Below, in pieces: positions 1-20,344 of a DNA stretch of 64,000 nucleotides; the first letter of the stretch is position 1, and every line of letters begins with the position of its first letter. The notes below the pieces were generated by a model. The model was given only the letters and a program-made list of their open reading frames with translations. It was not told the origin of the DNA and ran no database searches. The position numbers and the translations under genes are program-made. The stretch spans positions 4,650,001-4,714,000 of the forward strand of contig CM035360.1 of NCBI GenBank assembly GCA_020137815.1, read 5' to 3'. The stretch is from Hormiphora californensis (taxonomy: Eukaryota > Animalia > Ctenophora).

Positions 1-112
1 AATTGTCACTTTTTCCTCCTAATTGAGATATGTGGGGATTGTAATGACTAATTATCATGATTATGGAACTTGTTAATCTTTTGAAATCCTTCCAATTATA
101 CTCCTTGTCCAG

Positions 113-7695
<7,583 letters not shown>

Positions 7696-8254
7696 TGAGT
7701 AACATGGGAGGAAGGGGGCTGTTGAATGAACATTGAACACTGTTCATTGAATTAACATTGTTCATGGGATATATGTGTTTCCTCTTATTTATGGAGTTTT
7801 GAAAAAGATTTACTGTTGAGTTTCTAGAGTGTGTATTTTGGGTACTACCCGAATTTTGAGGGATACAATAATTCAGAAAAAGGGATAATATTATTACATA
7901 CGGTTTACATATATTTGCATGGGATTCGCATATATAATTAGTATACATAATTAGTATACATGAGCTGCAGTTGTATTGTGTTGACATATTATTTTGCAAT
8001 GCTGTATAAAGAAAGAGCTGGTAGAAGTTCTTTTATTGTGTCATGAGAACATGAAAATATTAGGTCTAATTATTACTCCCCCTTATACTATATTTCCCGT
8101 TCTCTCAGCCCCTTGCTCATTAAGTTTGCTGGGGTAGGAACCTAAGATAATGGCCACCATGTCCTAGGAAGAGAAATTAGTCGTGAGATAAGAGTTAAGA
8201 CGAGTCCTCTACCCCTGATCGTTCTCTTAGGCGAGTTGTTTTGTCTTTCCAGCA

Positions 8255-8600
8255 TTACCCTTTCATCCCTCCATCTCCACTACTATCACCTCTCTCTCTC
8301 TCTATTTAACCAACTCGATCTCCACTACTATCACCTATCTCGCTCCCCTCCCTCTCTATTTTAACCAACTCGATCTCCACTACTATCACCCATCTCGCTC
8401 CCCTCCCTCTCTATTTAACCAACTGGATCTCCACTATCACGATCTCTACTACCTCGCTCCCTCTCTATTTTAACCAACTCGATCTCCACTATCACGATCT
8501 CCACTACCTCGCTCCCCTCCCTCTCTATTTAACCAACTCGATCTCCACGTCTACTATCACCCATCTCACTCACCTCCCTCTATATTTAACCGACTGGATT
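8255..8600. repeat. Degenerate ~50-bp tandem repeat just upstream of the MGRN1-like start
   Basis: Recurrent unit tatttaaccaactcgatctccactactatcacc...ctccctctc, about six copies. Confidence 0.8.
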
Positions 8601-8626
8601 TTCCTAGCGTCATGACGTCATGAGGT

Positions 8627-11600
8627 ATGGGTAGCTTGCTGACACTGATACGGGGCCAGCCACAGAATAACAACGATTTAGGAGGACCCTCACAGGTAAT
8701 CCTGCCCCTCTAATCCCATTTCTTCCCCCTGCCTCCCCCTCCAGCCACAGAACAACAACGATTTAGGAGGACCCTCACAGGTGAGGGGTCTTTTTCTCCA
8801 TTTCTTACTAAAAATTTAATCCTATAAACGTCTTTAATTTGATTATATTACATAGTTTAATTGCTGTACTCAAAATGTAAATACCAATTGAAACCCCTAT
8901 CTCGTGGGTTAACAAAATCTCTCTCCCCAGGTCCACTTTTCACCTCGGAATGGCTGCTACTTTGGCTCCTATTTCATTATGGGAGGAGAGCAGTTTAACA
9001 CTGGTGGTAATGATTCCTACCTGTTTGGTGAGCCAAATGACCTGACCTTCCTGAACCGTCGTCCCGCCTCGTTCCCCTACCCAGCACCAGCAGCCAGCGA
9101 ACCAAGCAAAACTCTACAGAGCATTGTGAATATTAGGTAAGACAAAATAATATTTATTGTCCCCCAGTGTTTCTAATAGAAATTTTTCCCTTTTCTTCTT
9201 GTTGAGTTACTCAACAAATTTCTTCCGAACACAGTTTTGTTGTTACCATGTGGTTAGCGTTATTTGAGCGTGTCACTATGCGCTGTAACACCACAGCTGT
9301 CACACTTCTTGTTGGAACACCACAGCTGTTATTTCCGTTCACACTAATTGTCTCTATATCCCAGGAGACAGAACACCCCATCCCCCCCCCCCCCCCCCCG
9401 GGTCACCACAGCCGTTACAATTTCCTTGTCTCTATCCCAGGAGAGATAGTGTTAAGTTGATCCGAAGCGTAACCAACCCCGATAACTACACCCTTGAGTT
9501 CATCCTGGATGCGGATGCGGCGTGTACTGTCCGGGTCGTTACCTCGGTTCGAGAGGACGGTATGGTAGCAGTTATACGGGATAAAAGTGTAAGGACGTGG
9601 AGTTTTAAATCTGGTCTGGGGCAACTCTTCAAGGTGTGTGATTCAATAATAATGCTCCCATCCCCAGCTGCTGCAGCGGCAATACCAATATATGCTACTA
9701 GATCTGCCAGGCCCTCCTCAATGACCCTCCCCTTGACCCTTTCAGTCCCCTTGACCCTTTCAGTTAATACCTAGGTTCATAACCCTCCCTCCCTCCCCTC
9801 CATATCTTTATCTTCCCTCCTATCCCCTTTTAGATTTATAACATCCCTCCCTCCCCTTTATAACATCCCTCCCTCCCCTCCCTCTCCTTTATAACATCCC
9901 TCCCTCCGTCCCCTCCAGGTAGATAACCTGGTATTCTTACCGGGTGCCATGGGTCCCGCAATGTTCAAATGGGGAGGCAGCTCGGAGCCGGTACCACTGG
10001 TCATACATGTACAGGTAATTATAATGCCAGTACAACCCCCTCTCTCTCTCTCTAACTCTCCTCAACGGACCTTCGGAGAGTTCAGTCTTTTCACTTTTGT
10101 GAAACAAATCCTCTGTCTGTCCGTTTGTTTTCTCCACATCCCCCCTCTCTCTCTCTCTATCGAGGTCAGATGTGATTAATGTGTTTCACTTTCTCAAAAA
10201 CACGGTACCAGCATCGGATCAAAACAAACAAAATAAAATTTGTTACAAAAGATTGCCCACCTTTTGTAACAACGACACTAAACGGAAACAAATTTACAGA
10301 AACAAATACAGAAACATATACAGAAACAAATACAGAAACAAATACGGAAACAAATACAGTATACACCAATTTGCCAGACCCAATTGATTACTTACGTGTC
10401 TTATTACACATGGGTGGAACATCAATATCCCACTCGGCATCTTCAGTACAGGTCCTCAGAGCGCCTCCTAGAAGCAGATACCCTTCCTGGCATGTAACAG
10501 TTACCGTTTCTAAAGGGGGAGTAGCAGGCCATGACCCCTCCACTGATCCAGTCACAGTGAATCCAGAACACGCTAAGGAGGTGATTTGAATGGTGAACAA
10601 GATTTTAGTTTCAGTGCACGTTGAGCGAGCTCGATTTTGGCTAATGCCCGGTGGGGGACTGAGGTACTGGCAAGATATAGTGAGATCTCTACTGCTCAAA
10701 AGTTTTCAGCTTACCTGCACGATATGAGTCAGATGCTGTGTCAGATGCCGCGAATCTTATCTCCTCCACTATATCTCCTCCCCACTTTGTTGCACAGTCA
10801 CTGCTGTCACCGAACTGGTAGTTCAGAACCTCCACCCCGTTACACTCTATGCTAAGGGTGGTGGCTGTCTTCTGAATTGTCCACGTCTTGTCCACTTCAT
10901 CTGGTGGCTGTACTTGGAGGTCAGTCCATGTGGCGGTGCAGTAGTTCATGTAGTATCGGATAGGTGATGAGGTGAAATACACCCACAAAACTTCAATGAG
11001 GACTTCATCGTCAGCAAACATGGCAACCCCTAGCATATCCCTACTCCCCTCACTAGAGTTCGTTTTGATTTGAAGAGAAGTGCTCTCCAGATCAAATGGG
11101 ATCTTGGTATTAACTTCAACTGGACTCCACGCTAAAAAAACAATAATTACTATCGAATAATTTAGAGCAAAAACTAATTGAAATTAGTTCGCCGGAAAGG
11201 TGGCCCATTTGGTTCTTACTCCTTCATTTCCGTCACCTTTGAGTTGAGGCTTCAAAGACATTGAGGTATCCGTATACTTTTCCGCCTTCAACTCAAAGGT
11301 GACGGAAATGAAGGAGTAAGAACCAAATGGGCCACCTTTCCGGCGAACTAATTTCAATTAGTTTTTGCTCTAAATTTGTACTCTTTTTGGTCGTTTGAGG
11401 TCATTTATGACCTTAAACAATTAAGCTAATTGTCAATTAAAGTGTTCAAATTTAATGAAAGTGTATCCTAGGTTATAGGAAACTGATTTTCAAAATTCGA
11501 CGTCATTTTGACGTCGTGACGTCGCATATGACGTCACTACGACGTCAAAAATTATGACAGACTATTTGGCCAATGAAGCACTAAACGTGTCTAAAGTTTT

Positions 11601-12012
11601 AAAGGCCACGGTAGTCAAGAACTGAAGTTATTGCACGAAATGTGAGTTTTTATGAGGATTTTTATATCAAATTTTTGAGTTCCGACGCGTTTTAAGGTCT
11701 GAAAATGACACGTGACAGAAATTCACGATATAGTATCTGAAAGTTCAGACAATTTGCCACTAACGATTTTCTGTCAAATCAGGAATCAGAGTACGTCTTG
11801 AGGGTGTTAGAGGCGTTTGAAATTTTTTGGTATAAGATTTTGTAATGACGTCACTTTGTGACGTCATTACACCCGTCATAGTCGAGATTTTCACTTGAAA
11901 CCTTAACTAATGCATGCCCCGAACGATTTCCTAACGGATAAAACTTGGTTCAAGTCTCTAGCTAGTATGGTTCGAGCTACAAGTGTTACACAGTGAAGCG
12001 TCTATATCTATA

Positions 12013-12043
<31 letters not shown>

Positions 12044-14731
12044 ATACCTATCGCCACACTGAATTTTCTGTTTTGGGGGTGGTGTCATAACTTGCGACCG
12101 GAATGAGCTAGCTACTTGAAATTTTTATCGTCATTAGAAGTCTATGTGAAGCTTCTTAGTATCAAATTTCAGCCTCCTAGCTCATCTGGTTCCGGAGTTA
12201 GGAGGGGTCGAAAAGTGCCAAAATGGGCTAAAACTTCAAAATGGTTATATCTACGCTGTTGGCAAGCGGGCCCACTTTTTCGGGAAAAGTTTTAGGGGGG
12301 AGGGGATGGGGCCACCTTTGCGCTTGCCAGCGCAGTGATTTAAGCTTGCAGATTGCTACAGTGGACTCAAACAAACAAACAGTGAAACAAACAAACAAAC
12401 AAACCTGATTGAACAGCGCTGAGTTGAAAAACCACAATCGTTACAAGTAGCTTATTCATCATTAAGAGAGACGGTCTAGAAACGAGTGAGCCTATTGTGG
12501 GTCATCCCTCTACCCTGCCTTCTATATATTTCAAGAATCCCTATTCAACTAATCGCTATTGTTATATTAATGAATAGCATCATCATTACTCGTACGAGGG
12601 GAGGGGAGAGAGAGAGAAAGAAAGAGAGAGAGAGAGGGGGGGAGAGCCCTCTCGCATTGGGGCATTGGGGCATTAAGAATAGTCACCACGGATAGTATAA
12701 TTAATAATTATTGTTGCCTAGCAGAGATAGACGCTTAGACCTATAACACAGCGCCCCTAACCGCGGTTGTACTGATGGCTTTCCACAATACGACATTTTA
12801 ATCCCCCATATATCTTCTTCATTACTCGCCAATATATCTGGTTCTCTCGAGATCTAACCTCAAAACTCCTCTAAACATCCGCGTCCTACCTGACCCCACC
12901 TTCCCTCGCCCCAACCTCTACCCCCACCTTCCCTCGCCCCAACCTCTCTACCCCCACCTTCCCTCGCCCCAACCTCTCTACCCCCACCTTCCCTCGCCCC
13001 AACCTCTACCCCCACCTTCCCTCGCCCCAACCTCTCAACCCCACTTTTACCCCAACCTCTACCCCCACCGTCCCTCGCCCCAACCTCTCTACCCCACTTT
13101 TACAGGTTGACGGTGACTACCAGAATCATTCCCACACCGTACTTGGCCTGTTTGAGAGCACAGGGGATTGCTACACGGTGAAAGTTTTGAAACAAAAACA
13201 AGTCATCGATGGCATCAGTTTCATCCTTCAGGAGATCTATGGGATGGAGGGGAAGGCAGACAAGAGTGCAGGTTGGGAAATATAGAACTCATATCTTACA
13301 CTAATCTCCCGCTGTGCGCCACTTTACCATTTCCCAATTCCCCCTATAATATCCTTTATTCCTAGTATCCATCCCATCGTTCTTCATTCCCCGTTGTATT
13401 ATTCCTAAACCCCAGTATATCCATCCCTAAACCCCCGTTTCTAAACCACTAAACCCCCGACCCTAAACCCCAGTATCGTAAACCCGTCCCTTCCATCTAC
13501 AGGTAACGGGGAGTGTGTGGTGTGCCTGAGTGCCCCCCGAGACACAATGATCCTACCCTGTCGACATCTCTGTTTGTGTCACAGTTGTGCTGATGATGTC
13601 CGATATAAGAGCAATGTCTGTCTCATGTGCCGACAACGTGAGTATTCATTGTTGTAGTATTAATCATTATATTCGGCTTGGTGATGACATCCCCTATTGT
13701 GTGCTTCCCAGGCTTCGTTAAGCCACGCTGTGCGCGGCTAGTGTAGGGGTGACTGCGTCACCAACCTTTTGGATCCCCCCCCTAGATAGTTATCCCAACC
13801 CCCGTTTTCCGCGAAAATCGTTATCCCACCCCCTCTCCTCCAGCATTCAGTAATCCCCTCTCCCTTAGCATTTAGTAAACCCCCCCCCCCCCAGCATTCA
13901 GTAACCCCCTCTCCCCCCTCCACCAGCATTCAGAGCGCTCCTCCGAATCGAGGCACTTCAGAGGATGTGCAGTGAAACAGACAGTGGATCTACCTCAGAA
14001 CAATACGAACCCGTTGATCTAGTTCCCTACACAAAAAGAAGTAGTAGTGTGTGCAGCTCCAGGATTAGTTCGCTACCACTTGGCACTGAGACAGGTGAGA
14101 GAGATTGTTGGATAATCAGATGGGGGCAAGTCGTGTTATATCAGAGGGGGAGCAGATGAGGGTTGTTGTACAACATCCTGATCTGTATGGGATCATTTTC
14201 GTTACACCGCGGTTAGCCCGGTTTCTCCACCACTCTGCTAATAAAACACCCTGCATCACCAGGTGATGAGATTCGACCGTGCAGCCCGGAATATTCCCAG
14301 ACAACTGCACCAGGAACGGCAGTTTTCGTCGAGGGGGTGCAGGATCAGCCTGCGCAGGGATCCATTCAAGAAACGTCACGTGAGTTTTTGAGATACCGTC
14401 GGACCCCGATTTACCGGGAAACACTTTCCCCCGAGTATCCCGGTAAATCGGGGTCCGACTGTTACAGTGGAACCCCGATTTACCATAAGATTATAGGTAC
14501 AGTACCTATCCTATGGATAATAAAAATATTATTTTCAATTGAATTGCCTCCAAAATCACGTTTACTGAACGGACTTTCAGGTTTCACCGCCTAACCCCTT
14601 GTAAGTTCCACGATTTAGCTAAAAAGATTTGATATTATCTAACACTCCACAACCCCTCAGTTACACTGCCGGAACACGGGGAGGAAGAGGAAGAAGAGAG
14701 GGACCAAGAGGCGAGTGAGAGTGATAGGTAA
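8627..14731 (+). CDS. MGRN1: Mahogunin RING finger 1 / RNF157-like E3 ubiquitin ligase
   Basis: Exons 8627-8695, (optional 8745-8780), 8931-9136, 9441-9633, 9919-10014, 13106-13271, 13503-13637, 13927-14094, 14263-14379, 14661-14731. Motifs: MGSLL (myristoylation-type start), YFGSYFIMGGEQF..YLFGE, KTLQSIVNIRRDS, VKVLKQKQ..LQEIYG, RING ECVVCLSAPRDTMILPCRHLCLCHSCA..CLMCRQPFRALL. The last exon could instead splice on at gtaatt 14728. Confidence 0.93.
10243..11131 (-). CDS. Nested antisense gene or gene fragment: ~139-aa ctenophore-type repeated extracellular domain plus Sushi/CCP domain (5' end not found)
   Basis: Phase 1-1 exon 11131-10715 (WSPVEVNTKIPFDLESTSLQIKTNS...LQVQPPDEVDKTWTIQKT..IECNGVEVLNYQF..WGGDIVEEIRF..DTASDSYRA) and exon 10572-10396 (C..TVTVTCQEGYLLLGGALRTCTEDAEW..PPMC). 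Possible terminal exon 10277-10243. Confidence 0.75.
11159..12340 (-). mobile_element. Helentron/HINE-like non-autonomous element with terminal ~218-bp hairpin
   Basis: 5' end has hairpin TGCGCT-ggca-AGCGCA plus subTIR AAAGGTGGCC. 3' end has GGCCACCTTT, stem-loop AACTAATT-tc-AATTAGTT and a T run. Internal (CTAT)n at 12001-12045. Relative at 21329-22428. Confidence 0.6.
12895..13100. repeat. Intronic minisatellite, ~29-31-bp unit (ccccaccttccctcgccccaacctctcta)
   Basis: About seven tandem copies ending at the acceptor at 13105. Confidence 0.85.
14396..14461. mobile_element. Short member of the CAGTCGGACCCCGATTTA Tc1/mariner-type MITE family
   Basis: ccgtcggaccccgatttacc ... ggtaaatcggggtccgactg. 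Another degenerate copy lies at about 50023-50088. Confidence 0.75.
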
Positions 14732-15601
14732 TTATAAGAAAGACTATCTCCTCTCTGCATGGCACTGCTTGTATTTTGTGGCTAGATACAGCATGACTCG
14801 TGTAATGAACTTGTGTTTCTCTTGGCAGTGTGTCCATGAAGCTGTGCTGCTCGCGTGATATATGGCAGCTGTACTTACTACTTACTTAAGTTTCAACTAT
14901 ATCACTTTCACCCATTTCACTCCACATTTCACTCCATCTGACTCTATTATATCACTCAAATCCTATCCCCAGAAGAACGATCAGCACCCTATCACCGATC
15001 AGTATTTGAAGAGTGCTACAATCATTCATCCTCCCCACTACACTGAGTACTGCACATGAGATGGCCACTATTATAACTGACTCAAGGATGATTTCACTTC
15101 GTGTTTACTGCAACCACTTCATCCCATTATGTCTTGTGATATATTTTTTGCTACATCACAGTGATTTTATTTCATTCGCATGTTTTTATCTGCTGGTTTC
15201 AGAGTGATCATTTGCATAAACATGATAATTCCTCATACAAGATTAGTGTTCTTGTATTGAGTGACATGGGGTTGTCATCCAAGTATAGTTCACCATCATT
15301 ATCATTTCCCATGTCTGGCGGGACCCTGCATCTGAGCGAACTGAGCATCAAAACAGGGTACCTGGCAAACAGATCATCCAAATATATATTGACCGGAATG
15401 TTTTGAAGCCCCCTGCTGCGTTCTGTGTGAATATGTCTTAGCTGAAAATATTGTTATTGCAGAATCTGTTATTGTTTTCCCAACACCCAAACCCCGTCTA
15501 TTTGTGTTTAATACCCCAATATAAAGTCCTTGAGTAACGTCATACCAGACATAATATGTATGTTATAATAATTGTATACAGTCGAACCCCGATTTACCGA
15601 G

Positions 15602-15946
15602 ATTTCTCCGAAGTGGTACAATCATTTTACAAAAATCTTTTGCTGCATAAACTAGTTGCCTGGCTAGACTTTGTTATGTTCTAACCCTCCCTTTACATTT
15701 AGTATGCGCCCGAAACCTGTCTGGCGCCGCGACCCCATCTGAGCACACTGTCGCGTGCTCAGATTGAGAATCAAATTGTGGTCTGGCGCCGCCAGACAGC
15801 CCGAAACACAGTCTAGCTTGCCTGGCTAGACTGTGTTTCGGGCGCCAAATGTAAAGGGAGGGTTAGAACATAACAAAGTCTAGCCAGGCAACTAGTTTAT
15901 GCAGCAAAATATTTTTGTAAAATGATTGTACCACTTCGGAGAAATT
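15602..15946. mobile_element. Palindromic MITE (TIR ATTTCTCCGAAGTGGTACAATC)
   Basis: Arms of ~110 bp are inverted. The centre carries a CTGTCTGGCGCCGC..CAGACAG hairpin also seen at ~16333, ~16970, ~46300 and ~47110. Related fragments at ~31315-31390 and ~56430-56520. Confidence 0.75.
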
Positions 15947-17622
15947 CAGTGACGTCTGAGTGAGATTATCTCACTCAGACGAGGACTGTGCCATGTATAC
16001 AATCTACCTGTTGGAATGAATTGCACCCTCTATTTCCAACTTTATTCTTCACAATTTGATAACCCTCCCAGATCTCCTTCTTTTAGATTCCTGGAGGAAC
16101 AAGGGGATTCAGTTGATAAAAAGCAGGCCATGACCATCACGTGATGTCATCAATATACTTTTGACATAGCGCCCAGAGGGAGGAAGAGGAATGAGGGACA
16201 GTCACAGGAGTAATAAACAGGGATAGGGACATTGTCTTAATATTTTTCATATATGTATTATGTTCGCTAATTGTTGAATTATGTTTTCCCAAAAAATTAA
16301 AATGAATGGGAGAGAAAATAGAGGGAAACCAGCTGTCTGGCGGCACCAGACCCCGTTTTTCATTCGACAGATATCGGGTCGGCGCCGCTGGACTGTCTAC
16401 TAGATGTAGTGTCTAGTAGTCAGGAAATCAGAAGATTGTACATATCCTTAAAGACTATGAAAATGATCACTGATCAGAGAGACGTTTAAACAAAACAAAT
16501 CAAATAAACCGTTTAAACGGTTTATCTGATTTGTTTTGTACCTGTTTTGTACTGCTGAACAGACCCTGCTGAACAGACCCTATATCAATGTCAGACATCA
16601 GACATCAGACATCATCACTGTGAATGTGATCAAGTACCTATGAATATATGATCAAGTGTGATCAATCTCGATTCTCGATCGTCTCATTAACGATTGAAAT
16701 TGATTGAGTCTCTCAATCTCCACCAATGTTATCAATCATTTTGTTATTTTCTTGTTAAAATCCTGTTTATCTTTTATAAATTGGTGTGTTTTCATTTGAA
16801 TTTAAATGGTCGGTTTGGTCTGGATCGAAATTGGTTTGCTCATCTGGGACTGTTACGTGTAAACTGTTATACACAGTACACAGCTTTGTCTCGGGCGAGC
16901 GTCATTGCGGATGACGGACCATACTTTCAGAAGTGCATCTGCAAGATCAAGAATTGTATAGGGAGATCTTTCTGGGGCCGCCAGACCCCGTTTTGATTCT
17001 CAGATCGGGTCGGCGCCGCCAGACAGTGGGACTGGGAGCCTCCCAGTGGGAGGCCGACTCCGAAATCTCGTGTGTACGCTGCGCGCGCCTCTTATCTGGG
17101 GGCCTGGGGCGGGGACTTGCGCGGTGTACATCGAGACGAGTACACCGCGGGCTACGTCGAATACTATGAAAAAGTGTGACAATGGCAATAACCCTGAACT
17201 ATCATGTTGGATCAACAAGATCACTGATCAATGCTCTTCTAGATTTGCCAGTTCCTTGTGTTCAGCGTTGATGTTCAATGTCATGTTTACTATTTTATTT
17301 CTCCCAGAGGCCGCGACGGTTCTTTGACTGAGAATCCTCAATCCTTAATTTCTTTACTAATAGGGGGGGGGGCAAAAAAGCCAAACCCGGGCGGATTTCA
17401 GGGCGGGCCCGCCCTGAAATCCGGGATTGATCTGGCTTTTTTGTTCTGGCTTTTTTTGACCTGGCTTTTTTGGCTTTTCCCCGAAAATTTCTGGATTTTT
17501 TATCTGGATTTTTTCGGCCTTTTTTGGCTTTTTTTGCTTTGATTGGTGATAATCCGACGAAATCGTGTATAAAATTTGACAAAACATAAAATTTATAGGG
17601 GCAATGTAATTCCTTCACTAAA

Positions 17623-17684
17623 CTGTCAGAGCATTGGCCTGACCCATTCTCGCGAGAACTGTGGTCAGAGCATTGGCCTGACAG
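17623..17684. mobile_element. Ultra-short (62 bp) element with CTGTCAG TIR and 8-bp TSD
   Basis: TSD TCACTAAA. Copies at 38145-38208 (TSD GGCATGAC), ~48306-48386 and ~62267-62341. Confidence 0.8.
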
Positions 17685-18528
17685 TCACTAAATGGTACTA
17701 ATAGGCCCCCCTACCACCAAACGAAAGTTTACCAACCAACTCCATGGGGGGAGGTCCGATAATTGGCCTTATAAGGCCAATTATCGGACCTCCCCCCGGC
17801 CTAAATTTAGGTCAATGGTGAAATCGAATCATGGATAAATGACAATTTGAGAGATGCAGGTACCATTGAACCATTGAATGAATGCCCTCTTGTAAATCAT
17901 TTATAACTTATCAGGGGCTTATCAGTCAAAAATGTTTGTTTCCATTCAACTGTTTTGTCATGTCATGAGATCTCAACTCGCGATCTCAATTATTCGGCTG
18001 TCACAGAACCAATGCTCTGACAGCTATTCGGCGTGTGTTCCCCACATGACCTGTCAGACCGTTGTTCTGACCCCACGTGGCATGATAAAAGAGACAAGAT
18101 GATAAGAAATGAGATGAACTCATGTTTTATTTTAAATGACACTGACATGGACAGCAAAGCTAAAGCACAAAGTATTTTATTGTAATTTGTTTAGTCTTGT
18201 AGAATTTAAACGAGCAGTGAGCACATGATGCAGATGTGCTGATCGAGGGGCTGATTACGTGACTGTACTGACTGCGATTAATGGCTGCTAGTTTAAAGCT
18301 AAATCACATATGTCATGATACAACTTTTAATTAACTTCTCATCGTGACTGCAGCACTTGTTTTTAAATATTATTATCTATAGGATACTAGATAGTATAGA
18401 TATATCATCATTAATCATAAGTGATGATCAGTTTCATATAATAGTGCCCATGATGATGGCCTACTCCGCTCCTTTCTGCAGAATTCTGATCAGTTCCCCG
18501 TACGACTATAACCGTTCAACTGATACTA

Positions 18529-19380
18529 CAGTCGGACCCCGATTTAGTGGCATCCTCGGGGGAAAGAAATCCTGCCACTAAATCGGGGTGCCACTAAATC
18601 GGGGTGAGCCATATTTGGCCCATAAAAACCTATTTTATGCCCAAAATGCTATACTAAGACTAAAGACACTTCTAACTGTTATATGCAATATTCATGTATT
18701 GATGACATGATCATTTCTGATTAGAAATAGAAAACTATGAAATAACTTTTTCAAAAAAATTGTGAAAAATTTTCTAAGTTATACCAGCCCGTCCGATTTG
18801 TGTTTCGAATCGGTGCAGCTTCCTGGATGTCCTGTCTAATTAGCGGGTTCGAAACGAACCGATACGTGATACCATGCCGAATCGGGGCACCCTAAGCGGG
18901 TGAGGAAGTTTCAAAATTTCAAAATAACTTTTTCTCTCAAAATTTATGGGGAGCACCGATCAAAGCATTGACAATCGTACTGTAAAATTTTGCAAAAAAA
19001 GTTTTAAAATTTTTTAAAGGTATACCAGCCACGTCCGAATCGTGTTTCGAAACGGTGCATCTTATCGCATGTCCTGCTGCTAATTAGACGGTTCGAAACG
19101 AATCGAAACGTGATCCCATCGAATCGAAACGCTTGGTGAACTTATGATTCAATGGCCCCATGGGGATCACGTATCGGTTCGTTCCGAACCGTCTAATTAG
19201 CAGCAGGACATGCGATAAGATTCACTGATTCGAAACACGATTCGGACGTGGCTGGTATTCCTTTGAAAAAATTTCAAAAAAATTTCAAAAAAAAAATTCA
19301 AAAAAATTTTTGGGGAAAAAAATCCTGCCACTAAATCGGGGTGCCACTAAATCGGGGGCCACTAAATCGGGGTCCGACTG
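18529..19380. mobile_element. Tc1/mariner-type MITE, 852 bp, TIR CAGTCGGACCCCGATTTAGTGG, TA TSD
   Basis: TA-flanked TIRs, reiterated subterminal GCCACTAAATCGGGG, and internal direct plus inverted ~120-bp blocks. Confidence 0.88.
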
Positions 19381-19416
19381 TACTACCACGGATACTATTG
19401 AATTTCATTGCAGTTA

Positions 19417-19810
19417 GGGTCACCACACACCAAAGTTAAAATTAAAATTAAAATTTGACGTTTTTGGTCATAACTCTCCCATTTCTTGGCAAAATTGCGT
19501 CATTTTGTGCTTTTTGGAAAGAGGGCATCGAGCCCGTCCTGAAGAGCTCAAGAAACTTAAAATCGGCGCAAAGTGCGCGGCGTTAAGGGGCATAATGCGC
19601 ATGTTAAAATTTTAAAATTTTAACGCACACATTTTGCACTGTAACGCCGCGCACTTTGCACGGATTTCAAGTTTCTTGAGCTGTTCAGAACGGGCTCGAT
19701 GCCCTCTTTCTAACAAGCCCAAAATGAAGCAATTTTGCCAAGAAATGGCAGAGTTATGACCAAAAACGTCAAATTTTAATTTTAATTTTAACTTTGGTGT
19801 GTGGTGACCC
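19417..19810. mobile_element. Fully palindromic ~394-bp MITE (TIR GGGTCACCACACACCAAAG)
   Basis: The two ~195-bp arms are inverted about ~19613. The element is flanked by TA. Confidence 0.85.
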
Positions 19811-20344
19811 CTACTTGGAATGAATTTCAATATTAAAACCATATGATATTTCCTTTTCGAGTTCATATAAATTGCATGCAGCTGCATTTTACTGCTTCAA
19901 TCACTCTAATTCACCCTCAGATCAGTTCTGCAGTATAAAGATTCACACCGGTCGCAATAGAGCCATTAGAATTATATAACATGTTGAGTCAGCTGCTATT
20001 CTTCTACAATATTCTATCCTAAATACTATTTAGTAAATAGCTTAAATACCCGGGGGATTCTCAATTTTCTACCATTATTGAAATATAGAATTTCCCTCTC
20101 TTGTTAATGTTCCCTCTCTTGTTAATGTTCAAGAAAATAAGGTATCTTAGACGTAGCTGGGGGGGTTCCAACCTATTTTTTTGTATTTTTTTGTACTTTT
20201 TTGTACGGACCATACATAAAAGTATCCGAAATTCTGTTTTTTTCCATACAAACAATACAAAAAAATACAAAAAAATACAAAAAAATAATGAAGGATGGGG
20301 GTGCCTGATAAAAGTATAGCTGAAAATTTTCTCCGTTGGAGATC

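Noticed and set aside
15207-15422. Stop-free minus-strand stretch after an AG, ending ...LILYEELSCLCK*
   Set aside because: It looks exon-like, but no phase-compatible upstream exon or recognisable domain was found. Unsupported without RNA data.
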